The notes under the pieces: generated by a model
The model's database searches: none
Seen by the model: only the letters and a program-made list of their open reading frames with translations
What the model was told of the DNA's origin: nothing
Assembly (NCBI GenBank): GCA_030390025.1
Contig: CM059434.1
Coordinates: forward strand, 95,418,001 to 95,482,000
DNA length: 64,000 nucleotides
Origin: Squalus acanthias
Taxonomy: Eukaryota
Direction: 5' to 3'
Made by a program: the position numbers and the translations under genes
In this document: piece by piece, positions 26,454-38,408 of the stretch
How positions within the stretch are numbered: position 1 is the stretch's first letter
Layout: each line of letters opens with the position of its first letter

Positions 26454-27388
26454 CTGTAAAATAAGAAGTCTGGGCTTAATTAATCTGATGTAAATAGCTA
26501 GTTAACAGGAAATAGAAGGAGCAAAATTGCAAAACAACTTTTGTAAATGTGATGCCATTTCCATACAGTTGTGTGAGATACTTTATCACATTCTAGTTGT
26601 ACAATTTCACCACAATGATGTAAAGAATATCAAGCCAGCACAACATTTGACTGTATGACTGATCAAGCATCAGGTTCTGTTTTAATACTAGTTTTACACT
26701 CAGCATTTGAAAGATCAAGGGGTGATTTTCCTCTGCTTAGAAGGGGTGAGTGGCGGTGGGAAAGTAATTTCACAAAAGAACCTACTGCTCAGAGGCTGCA
26801 CAACTTGATTTTTTAGCGGGCATCAAAACAAAAACTGGCAAGCCCTGTACTTGGGCCCGGAATGCTGAGGAATTGTCCAATCGGGGTTTGCAGCTGAACC
26901 TGTACGATGGAGTGAGATGGATCGACTACGTCACTTTCCCATTCCGTGATATGGTTTTACAACCTCAGCACTGACATTGTGTGATAAATAATTTTGATAA
27001 CTGAAAACATGTTATTCAATAAGTATATATATCATAATACACCCTTCTCGCTTGGAGCTTCGCTTGTCGGGGGCCCAGAACAGGAACATGGGCGTGTGAG
27101 TTAATGCACATCTCAAAATAATCCATCAATTGGCGTTAAATTCCTGATTTGCACCCGTTCCACTAAACGTTATCACAGGAGCACAATTTCCTAAAAGCTG
27201 CCCTATAAGTTACACCATAATGACCAGAGATACAAACATTTCTGATTCAAACAATTAGAATTGAAAATTTGGGGTTTAAAACTGAAAGCCGTGTTTTGTT
27301 ACCTCCTCAATGACAGACCACATGGAGTTAGAAACAATCCACTTGTGGAGACAGACTTGGTGCAAGGTATAAAACCGCTGTCACTTAC

Positions 27389-27448
27389 CAGGTGTGAAGC
27401 TGGTGGTAGACGTAGTGGTAATCGGTGTCACTTCTGGTGAGGTAGTTT
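27389..27448 (-). CDS. Mucin PTS 60-nt exon ETTSPEVTPITTTSTTSFTP
   Basis: Canonical splice sites; phase 1-1. Confidence 0.9.
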
Positions 27449-28357
27449 CTATAGAGCAGGAAAAACATTTCAACCTGTTACACTGCACGCTGAGGCTCTG
27501 AGTCTGTATCAGGTTTAAAAACTTACTTTTCTGCTGAAGGTAGCCAGGCAAAAAAGTTGCGAAAATGAAATCTATTCTCTTCTAAGTCTACTCAATAAAA
27601 CTATTTTAGCGGAGAGAAAATACAACCGTTTAATGGCCCTTACATTCAGGACATCATTTCCACAATATAAGAATGGCTGGAATTGTCAGATAGATTTGAT
27701 CGCACTGTTAATGGAGTTCCTGGGAATATTAGTTTTCAAGGCCAGTGGAATCTTTTTCCAATGGACAGATCCATATTGACCTCAGCTGTCCAGATAAACA
27801 GTGGCTCTGAAAATACTCGGGCAGCAATCCTGGCGATTATTCCAGGGTCACATCGACCAGGGCCCTCCAGCGCTGACCAGACCAGAGTGTGTAGGTCAGT
27901 GGGAGGTCCTGTCATTTAAATATTATGGCAGGAACCTTCACCACAATACTCAGACACATGCCCTGCTGCTGTTTCTATTCAGTGGGAAGAGATATGAAAT
28001 TGCTGGCCATGCCCACTGATGCATCAGTCACTTTCTTGATATGTGTGTGAGCAGAATATTGCCTTCTAATGCAGAAGAGCCCGATGCTAGCCTGGAAGGA
28101 GATGAACACATAACAGCTATTCTAAGTTTGATGGCTTTTCCATACAGATTGTGAAGTACTTTATAACATTCTAGTTGCACAATTTCACAATAATGGTACA
28201 AAGAATATCAAGCCAGCACAACATTTGACTGTATGACTGATCTAGCATCAGGTTGTTTTATCATACTAGTTTTACACTCAGCATTTGAAAGCGCAAGGGG
28301 TGATTTTCATCTCCTTATGAGGGCGGGAGTGGCGGAGGGAAAGTAATTCTACAAAAG

Positions 28358-28793
28358 GGTCGACTAGGCCTGTATTCACTAGAGTTTAGAAGAATGAGAG
28401 GGGATCTCATTGAAACGTATAAAATTCTGACAGGGCTCGACAGACTGGATGCGGGGAGGATGTTTCCCCTGGCTGGTGGGTCTAGAACGAGGGGTCACAG
28501 TCTCAGGATATGGGGTAGGACATTTAGGACTGAGATGAGGAGAAATTTCTTCACTCAGAGGGTGGTGAACCTGTGGAATTCTCTACCACAGAAGGCTGTG
28601 GCGGCCATGTCACTGAATATATTTAAGGAGATAGATATATTTCTAGAAACAAAAGGCATCAAGGGGTACGGGGAGGGAACGGGAATATGTTATTGGGATA
28701 GAGGATCAGCCATGATCATGTTGAATGGCGGAGCAGACTCGAGGGGCCGAATGGCCTTCTCCTGCTCCTATTTTTCTATGTTTCTATGTTTCT
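28358..28793 (+). mobile_element. CR1 LINE 3' fragment, copy B3
   Basis: Same junctions as 9511-9945. Confidence 0.9.
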
Positions 28794-29391
28794 AGAACCT
28801 ACTGCCAAGAGGCGGCAAGACTTGATTTTCTAGTGGGCATCGTAAAAAATGTTGAGCCCGGTACTTGGGCTCGGAACGGTGAGAAATAGTCCAAAAGAGT
28901 TTTGCAGCTGAAGCTGTATGATGGGGTGAGATTGATCGGCTACATGACTTTCTATATATCCTTGATATTTCCTTGACATTGTGTGACAAATAATTTTGAT
29001 AAGTGCAAACATGTTATTTAATAAGATTATCTATTATAATACACCCTTCTCGCTTGGAGCTTCGCTTGCCGGGGTTACATAACAGGAATATGAGCGTGGA
29101 AATTAATGCACATCGCAAAATAATCCGTCAATTGGCGTCAAATTCCTGATTTGCGCCCATTCCGCTAAACGTTATGTCAAGAGCACAATTTCCGAAATGC
29201 TGCCCTATAAGTTACAACATAATGACCAGAGATTCAAACATTTCCGAAGCAGACAATCACAAAGGAAAATTTGTGATGTAAAAATGAAAGCCGTGTTTTG
29301 TTACCTACTCAATGACAGACCACATGGAGTTAGAAAACAATCCACCTCTGGAGACAGACTTGGTGCAAGGTATAAAACCGCTGTCACTTAC

Positions 29392-29451
29392 CAGTTGTGT
29401 AGCTGGTGGTAGACGTAGTGGTAATCGGTGTTTCTTCTGGTACTGTAGTTT
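29392..29451 (-). CDS. Mucin PTS 60-nt exon ETTVPEETPITTTSTTSYTT
   Basis: Canonical splice sites; phase 1-1. Confidence 0.9.
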
Positions 29452-30284
29452 CTATAGAGCAGGAAAACATTTCAACCTGTTACACTGCACGCTGAGGCTC
29501 TGAGTCTATATCAGGTTCAAAAACTTACTTTCCTGTTGCACATAGCCGAGCACAAAAATTGTGAAATGAAATCTTTCAGATCTATCGAAGTCTACTCAAT
29601 AAAGTTATTTTAGTGCATAAACAAGACAATTAATATACGGCCATACATTCAGTACATCATTTCCACACTATAAGAGTTGGTGGAATTGTCAAGCAGATTT
29701 AATGGAGTTCCTGGAAATACAAGTTTTCAATGTCCACTGGAAACTTCTTCCAATGGACAGATCCATATTGACCTCAGCTGTCCAGATAAACAGTGACTCT
29801 GAAAATACTCGGGCAGCAATCCTGGCGATTATTCCAGGGTCACATCGACCAGGGCCCTCCAGAGCTGACCTGACCAGAGTGTGTAGGTCAGTGGGAGGTC
29901 CTGTCATTTAAATATTATGGCAGGGCCCTTCACCACAATATTCAGACACATGCCCTGCTGCTGTTTCTATTCAGAGGGAAGAGATATGAAATTGCTGGCC
30001 ATGCCGACCTCTGCATCAGTTACTTTCTTGATATGTGTGTGGACAGCATATTGGCTTATAATACACAAGAGCCTGATGCTAGCCCGGAAGGAGGTTAACG
30101 CATAACAGCTATTCTAGGTTTGATGGCTTTTCCAAACTGACTTGTGCAATACTTTATCACATTATGGTTATAAAATTTCATGATTTTAGTGAAAAGAATA
30201 TCAAGCCAGCATAACATTTGACTGCATGACTGGTCGAGCATCAGGTTGTTTTATCATACTCGTATTTCATTCATCATTTGAAAG

Positions 30285-30953
30285 AACGTAAGAACATAAG
30301 AAATAGGAGCAGGAGTAGGCCATTTGGCCCCGCGAGCCTGCTCCGCCATTCAATAAGATCATGGCTGATTTTCTACCTCAACTCCACCTTCCTGCACTAT
30401 CCCCATATTCCTTGATTCCCTTAATATCCAAAAATTAATTGATCTCTGTCTTGAATATAGTCAACGACTGAGCCTCCACAGCTCTCTGGGGTAGAGAATT
30501 CCAAAGATTCATCACCCTCTGAGTGAAGAAATTTCTCCTCATCTCAGTCCTAAATGGCCGACCCCTTATTTTGAGACTGTGACCCCTTGTTCTAGACTCC
30601 ACAGCCAGGGGAAACATCCTCCCTGCATCTACCCTGTCAAGCCCTGTAAGAATTTTGTGTTTCAATGAGCTCATTGCCCATTCTTCTAAACTCTAGAGAA
30701 TATAGGCCTAGTCTACTCAATCTCTCCTCATACGACAATCCCCCCATCCCAGGAATCAGTCGTTACACTCCCTTTATGGCAAGTATATCCTTCCTTAGGT
30801 AAGGAGACCAAAACTGTACACAGTACTCCAGGTGTGGTCTCACCAGGGCCCTATATAATTGCTGTAGATGTCTTTACTCTTATACTCAAATCCTCTTGTA
30901 ATAAAGGCCAACATACCATTTGCATTACTAATTGCTTGCTGTACCTGCATGTT
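30285..30953 (-). mobile_element. CR1 LINE 3' fragment, copy C3
   Basis: Same junctions as 13715-14403. Confidence 0.9.
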
Positions 30954-31613
30954 AAGGAGATTAAGGAGGTGATTTTTAGCTGCCTGTGCGGGGAGATGAA
31001 ATTTTATAAAAGAATCTACTACTCAGAGGCCGCCCAACTCTAGTGGACATCGAAACAAAAACTGGCGAGTCCTGTACCTAGTCTCAGAACGGTGAGGAAT
31101 AGTCCGATAGGGTTTTGCAGCTGAACCTGTAGCATGGAGAGAGATGGATCGGCTACATGACTTTCTCTCATTCCTTGATATGCTTTACATACTCAGTTTA
31201 AATATTGTGTGACAAATCATTTTGATAACTGAAAACGTGTTATTTAATAATATATATTTTAATACATCCTTCTCGCTTGGAGGACCACTCAGCGGGAGCA
31301 CATCACAGGAATAGAAGCGTGTGAGTTAATGCACATCTCAAAATAATCCATCAATTGGCGTCAAATTCCTGAATTGCATCACACACCGCTAAAATTTGTC
31401 AGGAGTAAAATTTCCTAAAAGCTGCCCTATAAGTTACAACATAATGACCAGAGATACAAACATTTCCAAAGCAAACAATTAGAAAGGAAAATTTGAGATG
31501 TAAAAATGAAAGCTGTGTTTTGTTACCTACTCAATGACAGACCACATGGAGTTAGAAAACAATCCACCTCTGGAGACAGACTTGGTGCAAGGTATAAAAC
31601 CGCTGTCACTTAC

Positions 31614-31673
31614 CAGGTGTGAAGCTGGTGGTAGACGTAGTGGTAATCGGTGTTTCTTCTGGTGACGTAGTTT
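31614..31673 (-). CDS. Mucin PTS 60-nt exon ETTSPEETPITTTSTTSFTP
   Basis: Canonical splice sites; phase 1-1. Confidence 0.9.
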
Positions 31674-33060
31674 CTATAGAGCAGGAAAAACATTTCAACC
31701 TGTTGTACTGCACGCTGAGGCTCTGAGTCTGTATCAGGTTTAAAAACTTACTTTTCTGCTGCATGAAGCCGAGCACAAAATTACGAAAATTGTATCTATT
31801 CAATTTTATCCTAGTTTCTCAATAAAATTATTTTAGCGGAGAGAGAATACAACCATATAATGGCCCTTAGATTCATAACATCATTTCATCAAGTATAAGA
31901 GTGGCTGGAATTGTCACATAGATTTGATCGTGCTGTTAATGGAGTTCCTGGAATTTCAGTTTTCAATGGCCAGTGGAATCTTCTTACAATGGACAGATCC
32001 ATATTGACCTGAGTTCCCAGATAAACAATGACTCTGAAAATACTCGGGCAGCAATCCTGGCGATTATTCCAGGGTCACACCTCCCAGGATCCTCCACAGC
32101 TGACCTGACCAGAGTATGTCGGTCAGTGGGAGGTCCTGTCAGTTAAATATTATGGCAGGGACCTTCACCACAATATTCAGACACATGCCCTGCTGCTGTT
32201 TCTATTCAGTGGGAAGAGATATGAAATTGCTGGCCATGCCGACTGATGCATCGGTCACTTTATTGATATGTGTGTGGGCAGCATATTGGCTTATAATGCA
32301 GAAGAGCCCGATGCTAGCCCGGAAGGAGATGAACACATAACAGCTATTCTAAGTTTGATGGCTTTTCCATACAGATTGTAAACTTCTTTATCACATTCTA
32401 GTTACACAATTTCACGATTATAATGTTGACATTTGACTGCATGACTGATCTAGCATCAGGTTATTTTCTTCATGCTAGTATTCCACTCATCATTTGAAAG
32501 ATCATGGGGAGATTTGCATCTGCCTACATTAGGGTGGGAGAGGGGAGATGACATTCTAAGAAAGAGGTTTCCAAACACGATTTTCTAGCGGGCATTGAAA
32601 CAAAAACTGGCGAGCCCTGTACTTGGGCTGGGAATGGAGAGGAATAGTGCGATAGGGTTTTTCAGCTGAACCTGTATGATGGAGTGAGATGGATCGGCTA
32701 CATGACTTGCTCTCATTTCTTGATATGGTTTTACAACCTTAGTGTTGACATTGTGTGACAAATAAATGAAAACATATTATTTAATAAGAATATATATTAT
32801 AATACACCTTTCTCACTTGGAGCTTCGCTTGCCGGGGACACAGAACAGGAACATGGGCGTGTGAGTTAATGCACATCGCAAAATAATCCTTCAATTGGCG
32901 TTAAATTCCTGATTTGCACCCATTCCACTAAACGTTATGACAGGAGCACAAGTTCCTATAAGCTGCCCTATAAGTTACAACATAATGACCAGAGATACGT
33001 TAGAAACAATCCACTTGTGGAGACAGACTTGGTGCAAGGTATAAACCCGCTGTCACTTAC

Positions 33061-33120
33061 CAGGTGTGAAGCTGGTGGTAGACGTAGTGGTAATCGGTGT
33101 CACTTCTGGTGAGGTGGTTT
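33061..33120 (-). CDS. Mucin PTS 60-nt exon ETTSPEVTPITTTSTTSFTP
   Basis: Canonical splice sites; phase 1-1. Confidence 0.9.
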
Positions 33121-34535
33121 CTATAGAGCAGGAAAAACATTTCAACCTGTTACACTGCACGCTGAGGCTCTGAGTCTGTATCAGGTTTAAAAACTTACTT
33201 TTCTGCTGCACATAGCCGAGCACAAAAATTGTGAAAATTAAATCTATTCACTTGTGTCTAAATCTACTCAATAAAATTATTTGAGCTGACAGAGAATACA
33301 ACAAGTTAATGGCCTTTACAGTAAGAACATCAGATAGATTTGATCGTGCTGTTAATGGAGTTCCTGGGAATATGAGTTTTCAATGTCCAGTGGAATCTTC
33401 TTCCAATGGACAGATCCATATTGACCTCAGCTGTCCAGATAAACAGTGGCTCTGAAAATACTCGGGCAGCAATCCTGGCGATTATTTCAGGGTCACATCG
33501 ACCAGGGCCCTCCAGAGCTGACCTGACCAGAGTGTGTAGGTCAGTGGGAGGTCCTGTCATTTGGCAGGGACCTTCACCACAATATTCAGACACATGCCCT
33601 GCTGCTGTTTCTATTCAGTGGAAATAGAAATTAACCTGCTGGCCATGCCGAATTCTGCATCGGTCACTTTCTTGATATGTGTGTGGACAGCATATTGGCT
33701 TATAATACACAAGAGCCCGATGCTAGCCCGGAAGGAGGTTAACGCATAACAGCTATTCTAAGTTTGCTGACTTTTCCAAACTGACTTGTGCAGTACTTTA
33801 TCACATTCTAGTTACACAATTTCACCACAATGATGTAAAGTATATCAGGCCAGCACAACATTTGATTGTATGACTGATCTAGCATCAACATGTTTTATCA
33901 TGTTAGTTTTACACTCAGCATTTGAAAGATCAAGGGGTGATTTTCATCTGCTTCCAAGGGCGGCAGTGGCGGAGGGAAAGTAATTCAAAAAAGAACCGAC
34001 TACCCCGAGGCCGCCTGACTCGATTTTCTACCAGGCATTGAAACAAAAGCTGGCGAGCCCTTGGGCTGGGAACGGTGAGGAATAGTGCGATAGGGTTTTG
34101 CAGCTGAACCTGTATGATGGGGTGAGATGGATCGGCTGCATGACTTTCTCTCATTCCTTGATATGGTTTTACAACCTCAGTGTTGACATTGTGTGACAAA
34201 TAAATGAAAACGTGTGTTTAATAAGAATATATATTATAATACACCCTTCTCGCTTGGAACTTCTCTTGCCGGGGGCACAGAACAGGAATAAGGGCGAGGA
34301 TGTTAATGCACATTGCAAAATAATATGTCAATTGGTGACAAATTCCTGATTTGTATAACACTATAATGACCAGAGATACAAACATTTCCAAAGCAAACAA
34401 TAAGAATGGAAAATTTGAGATGTAAAAATGAAAGCCGTGTTTTGTTACCTCCTCAATGACAGACCACACGGAGTTAGAAAACAATCCACTTGTGGAGACA
34501 GACTTGGTGCAAGGTATAAAACTGCTGTCACTTAC

Positions 34536-34595
34536 CAGTTGTGTAGCTGGTGGTAGACGTAGTGGTAATCGGTGTTTCTTCTGGTGACGTAGTTT
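34536..34595 (-). CDS. Mucin PTS 60-nt exon ETTSPEETPITTTSTTSYTT (first of the array)
   Basis: Canonical splice sites; phase 1-1. Confidence 0.9.
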
Positions 34596-34787
34596 CTATA
34601 GAGCAGGAAAACATTTCAACCTGTTACACTGCACGCTGAGGCTCTGAGTCTGTATCAGGTTTAAAAACTTACTTTTCTGCTGCACATAGCCAAGCACAAA
34701 AATTGTGAAAATGAAATCTATTCATTTCTAAGTCTACTCAATAAAAATGTTTTAGTGGAGAGATAATACAACTATTTAATGGCCCTT

Positions 34788-34962
34788 ACACACAAGGGTA
34801 GGCACTTGTGTGTTTTAGCTAATGTTCGTGTAAAGTTTCTGTTAATGTGTTGTCAAGCATTGAAATCTTTATTTTCGACACTTTACCTTCTTGGACAGAT
34901 TTGTGTGCACCTTTGAAAGTGTTTAGTGAGTTCCAGTGAATGGTGAGACATAACGTCCCCCC
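34788..34962 (+). mobile_element. Fragment of the Harbinger-derived element also present at ~56116-56293
   Basis: acacacaagggtaggcactt...gaatggtgagacataacg is shared with the element at 55421-57150. Confidence 0.75.
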
Positions 34963-34971
34963 CTCCGCCTT

Positions 34972-35156
34972 AGCCCTGACACACTCACACAGCCCTGACA
35001 CACTCACACAGCCCTGACACACTCACACAGCCCTGACACACTCACACAGCCCTGACACACTCACACAGCCCTGATACACTCACACAGCCCTGACACACTC
35101 ACACAGCCCTGACACACTCACACAGCCCTGATACACTCACACAGCCCTGACACACT
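34972..35156. repeat. 19-bp minisatellite (AGCCCTGACACACTCACAC) x ~9.7
   Basis: Unit starts at 34972, 34991, 35010 ... 35143. Confidence 0.95.
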
Positions 35157-35551
35157 ATCTTCAGATGGGCTGCTTGTTAATGCAGCAGTACAATCGATAA
35201 AACAGAAGGAATAAGCAATGCTATCAGAACATTTCTGTAGATTCTCCTTGTTGGAAATGCATGTATCACTCATCTGACTCCCACTAGCAGTTCTTACCCG
35301 TCTCCCAGTGTCAGCTTTCAGACTTAAATGAACAGATTGTATTTGCAACTGAGAAGTCTACAATGTTAATGAATGGATAATTCCATAAATTAATGAAGCT
35401 ATTAGCAGCTTAAAATAAAAAGATTAATGTTTGATAAATAGCGAATGTACAAAAGTACGAACATTTTGTTACTAATATTGCAGGACATAATTTCAAGGTA
35501 AATGTGTTGTAAGAATTTGTTTTTAAATGGAAAATCTAAGTCATCATTTAC

Positions 35552-35608
35552 CAATTCTGTAGGTTGAAGTAGATGTGGGTGTTGTCATCGCTGTTGTTTT
35601 AGATGGTG
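35552..35608 (-). CDS. Mucin Thr-rich linker exon APSKTTAMTTPTSTSTYRI
   Basis: tgtttag|CA CCA ... ATT G|gtaaat; 57 nt, phase 1-1. Confidence 0.8.
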
Positions 35609-36800
35609 CTAAACAGCAAAAAAAATCAACAAAATTATTAAAATACTGTCGACATTTTTATAGCAAGTACATACACCTTTGAAGTGAACAGATTATCTGA
35701 TTGCACGCCTGCACAGGGAATGTACCCTGGGCCATGCAAAATAGAGGGCACCTCTCCTGTCACAGGCGCAGCACACCTCCAGTACCAGCAGAGGCCCAGA
35801 GGGGGAAATGACCCCAATTTCTCCAAATATTGAAACCCATCATTTTGTTTTCTTTCTTCCTCCTTTATCCACCAATCTTTTCCCCTCTCCTGAAGGTGTT
35901 GATTCCTTGCTGGGGTACAATTCCACAAGTGGCACCCCTTCTAAAGAACCTTGCCCAAGAGACCATTCTTTATGTGGGAGCTCCAATAGTGAGTTGTGGC
36001 AGGCTATTTGACTGCAGGAGCCTAATCCTATCCTCACCTGATGTCCACAGGCACGCACTTCCAACAGGGGTCGTCAGATAGTGATCAGGAGCAGGAACCC
36101 TGGTCAATTTTCTCTTCCCTAACCCATTAGTTCTGAAATGTTGAATTACCTACAGTTGCCTAGCTGAGGTTAGCTAACTCAGTCTGGGTACGGGCACCCA
36201 CAATTTTTCAAGAAAGAAACCTAGCATTTCAGCTATCTAACTTTATCTAATAATAAGAGTTTGAAAGAACATGTTGTTCCGTTACTGTTGGTGTTGGTTC
36301 ATAGGAATGAAAATGATTAATTTCACAGACTGTTTGTTGCAAGCTGTACATCTCCTGTCATTTTATATAGTTCATTTCATAAAGGCACAAGAACTACCGC
36401 CATGCTTGATTATACACTAACAGCATTGACACTGTCCAATCATTAGTATGTAAGAATAAGATCTTTCTAACGCGCCATTGCATGAATCCAATTTTATTAT
36501 TCAAATGATGCAAAAATAGAAAGAACTCTGCATCTTCCCTGCACTGTACCTGTTCAGCAGATATGTGATGCTGAAACTGGGGGTCAAAAATGAAAAAATG
36601 TTCTACAGTCCAGTACATTATCACCTTGCTGAATACAAAAAAAAAATCACTTCAAAAATTATATCTTTAAAACTAAAAGTAATCATGTATAACACTTTGA
36701 AGCATAAAAAGAGGTAAAAGAATATTGTAAAAAAATAAGACTCGCTTACTTAAACTATTTTAGTTATTTTGTTCTATATCGCACAAGAGGAAGCCATTAC

Positions 36801-36851
36801 CTGTAGTGGTTGTTGCAGAAGTACTGGTTTCAGTAGTTGTACTTGTTATTA
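36801..36851 (-). CDS. Mucin Thr-rich linker exon VITSTTTETSTSATTTT
   Basis: aacag|TA ATA ... ACA G|gtaatg; 51 nt, phase 1-1. Confidence 0.8.
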
Positions 36852-37944
36852 CTGTTCCAAAAAATATAAAGTAAATTATATAAGTTACAATTCTTATATT
36901 TTAAAATGCCATTATTAATTTAAGCTAAGACAACAACTTTCTGTACTACACAATTATAAAGTCAGCTTTGAAAGATCTTAAATATGGAGGCCAAAAATCC
37001 AAAGTCTTTTGAGCGCATATCCCCAGGACACTGACATTCCCCAGTACTTTCTGCAGGGCCTTGTTGGGGGTGGCATCTATGCCCCCCACCCACAGCATGG
37101 CTAATGGCATAAGAGGGGGCATGGTTGGGTGTGGGGACATGGGCGCGAAATGGGTGGCACGACTGCAATGTACATCCTTCGAGATCGATCTGAGGATCTC
37201 CCATTATTAGTCCTTGGGCCTCATCTTAATAATCTCAGCGAGCTGCCGGCATCTGTCAGGCCTCCAGTGGCAGCTCGCCCTGTTGCCACGGGATCAATAT
37301 GGACTAGCTGCCACGCAAGCGCCGACCCTCAGGTAAGTCCTGTGGGGTGGGGTGGGTGTGGAGCGGGCTAGCACGGGTTGCTAGTGGCCCACAGTAGTGC
37401 TGTGGAGCTGGATTGAACACTCCTGCTTCCCCCAGCTCCACATAAAGGTCATTTTCAAAGATTGGCTTAGCTTTTTGGTGGCCACCGAGGGGTTTCTTTA
37501 AGGACCACTGGTTAGGCCGCATGACAGTTCAAAAGGCCTTGGGTGCCCTTGGGGATGGTACATTGCACTCCTAAATTGGTCCTTTTAGCCCCTGTTTGCC
37601 ATCTGGCAAACGGGCACAACATGGACCAATTTCCCCCTCCCCATACCCCAGCCGAGCAGAGTTTCAGGCCTAGACCCTGAAAGAAATTAAAAATTTAAGG
37701 GAGATTTTTGGGTCCCTTCATGTATCCCTAGTGGTACAGGTGGCCGCCAGGAATATTTTAACTAATTGACCTCCTCTAACCCTGCCAACTTTGGCAGGGT
37801 CAGCATCACGGGTCGTCCTGCCCCATGATCCTTTATGTACTACAGACAACCATTAATGACACCATTATGTAGTAATGTAACAATTGTGGCATAGCACCTA
37901 TTCATTTTAATGCACGTTAAATATTTACAGTAAGATTTACTAAC

Positions 37945-37976
37945 CTATACATGTGACTTTCCCATTCTTGCATTCA
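37945..37976 (-). CDS. Mucin exon, end of E3 module (C)ECKNGKVTCI
   Basis: ttttgcag|T GAA TGC ... ATA G|gttagt; 32 nt, phase 2-1, fits both neighbouring exons. Confidence 0.85.
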
Positions 37977-38408
37977 CTGCAAAAGATTGCAAAGTATATT
38001 TAGGCCATTGGGAGAATTGGATAATACATTTCTTGCCATTTCACCTGCTAATTGCCATTAGAAATATTTCTTGGGCAGATACTTTATTACTTTCTTGGCC
38101 ATGGATGTTGTCATAAAAAGAGACTTTAAATAAATTGTTATCTGCTGCATTGAAGGGACATTTTTTGGTGCTATTACGTCAAAATCTCTGAAGAAAAAGG
38201 TATATTGAACCATCCTGACATTTCAATACCCAGATGGCCTCCTTCCATTTCCTGATGCCTGCAGCTTTTCACAGAGAAATGGAACACTCACTCTACGCCA
38301 ACAAAGTGCCTCAGCTCCAAACTCACAAGAACACCCCGGCCCCATAACAAAGTGATATTTCCATCTCCGGCATATTTTCTTTCTAAGTGGCAGATATTGC
38401 TGACCATT

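Larger units (their letters stand above)
1..34790. repeat. Tandem exon-plus-intron array: ~1.5-kb basic unit, ~9.04-kb higher-order unit
   Basis: The same intron blocks recur around every exon; offsets 15070->24107, 17058->26100, 18346->27389, 20345->29392 and 22564->31614 are all 9037-9050. Confidence 0.95.

Noticed and set aside
2236-34595. CRISPR-like or antigen-receptor segment-like interpretation of the regularly spaced repeats
   Set aside because: The spacers are homologous kb-scale introns, the repeats are spliceable Thr-rich exons, and I see no cas genes or RSS heptamer-nonamer pairs.
36985-37830. GC-rich segment between mucin exons
   Set aside because: Probably decayed MITE sequence, but I could not define TIRs or a TSD, so it is not called.
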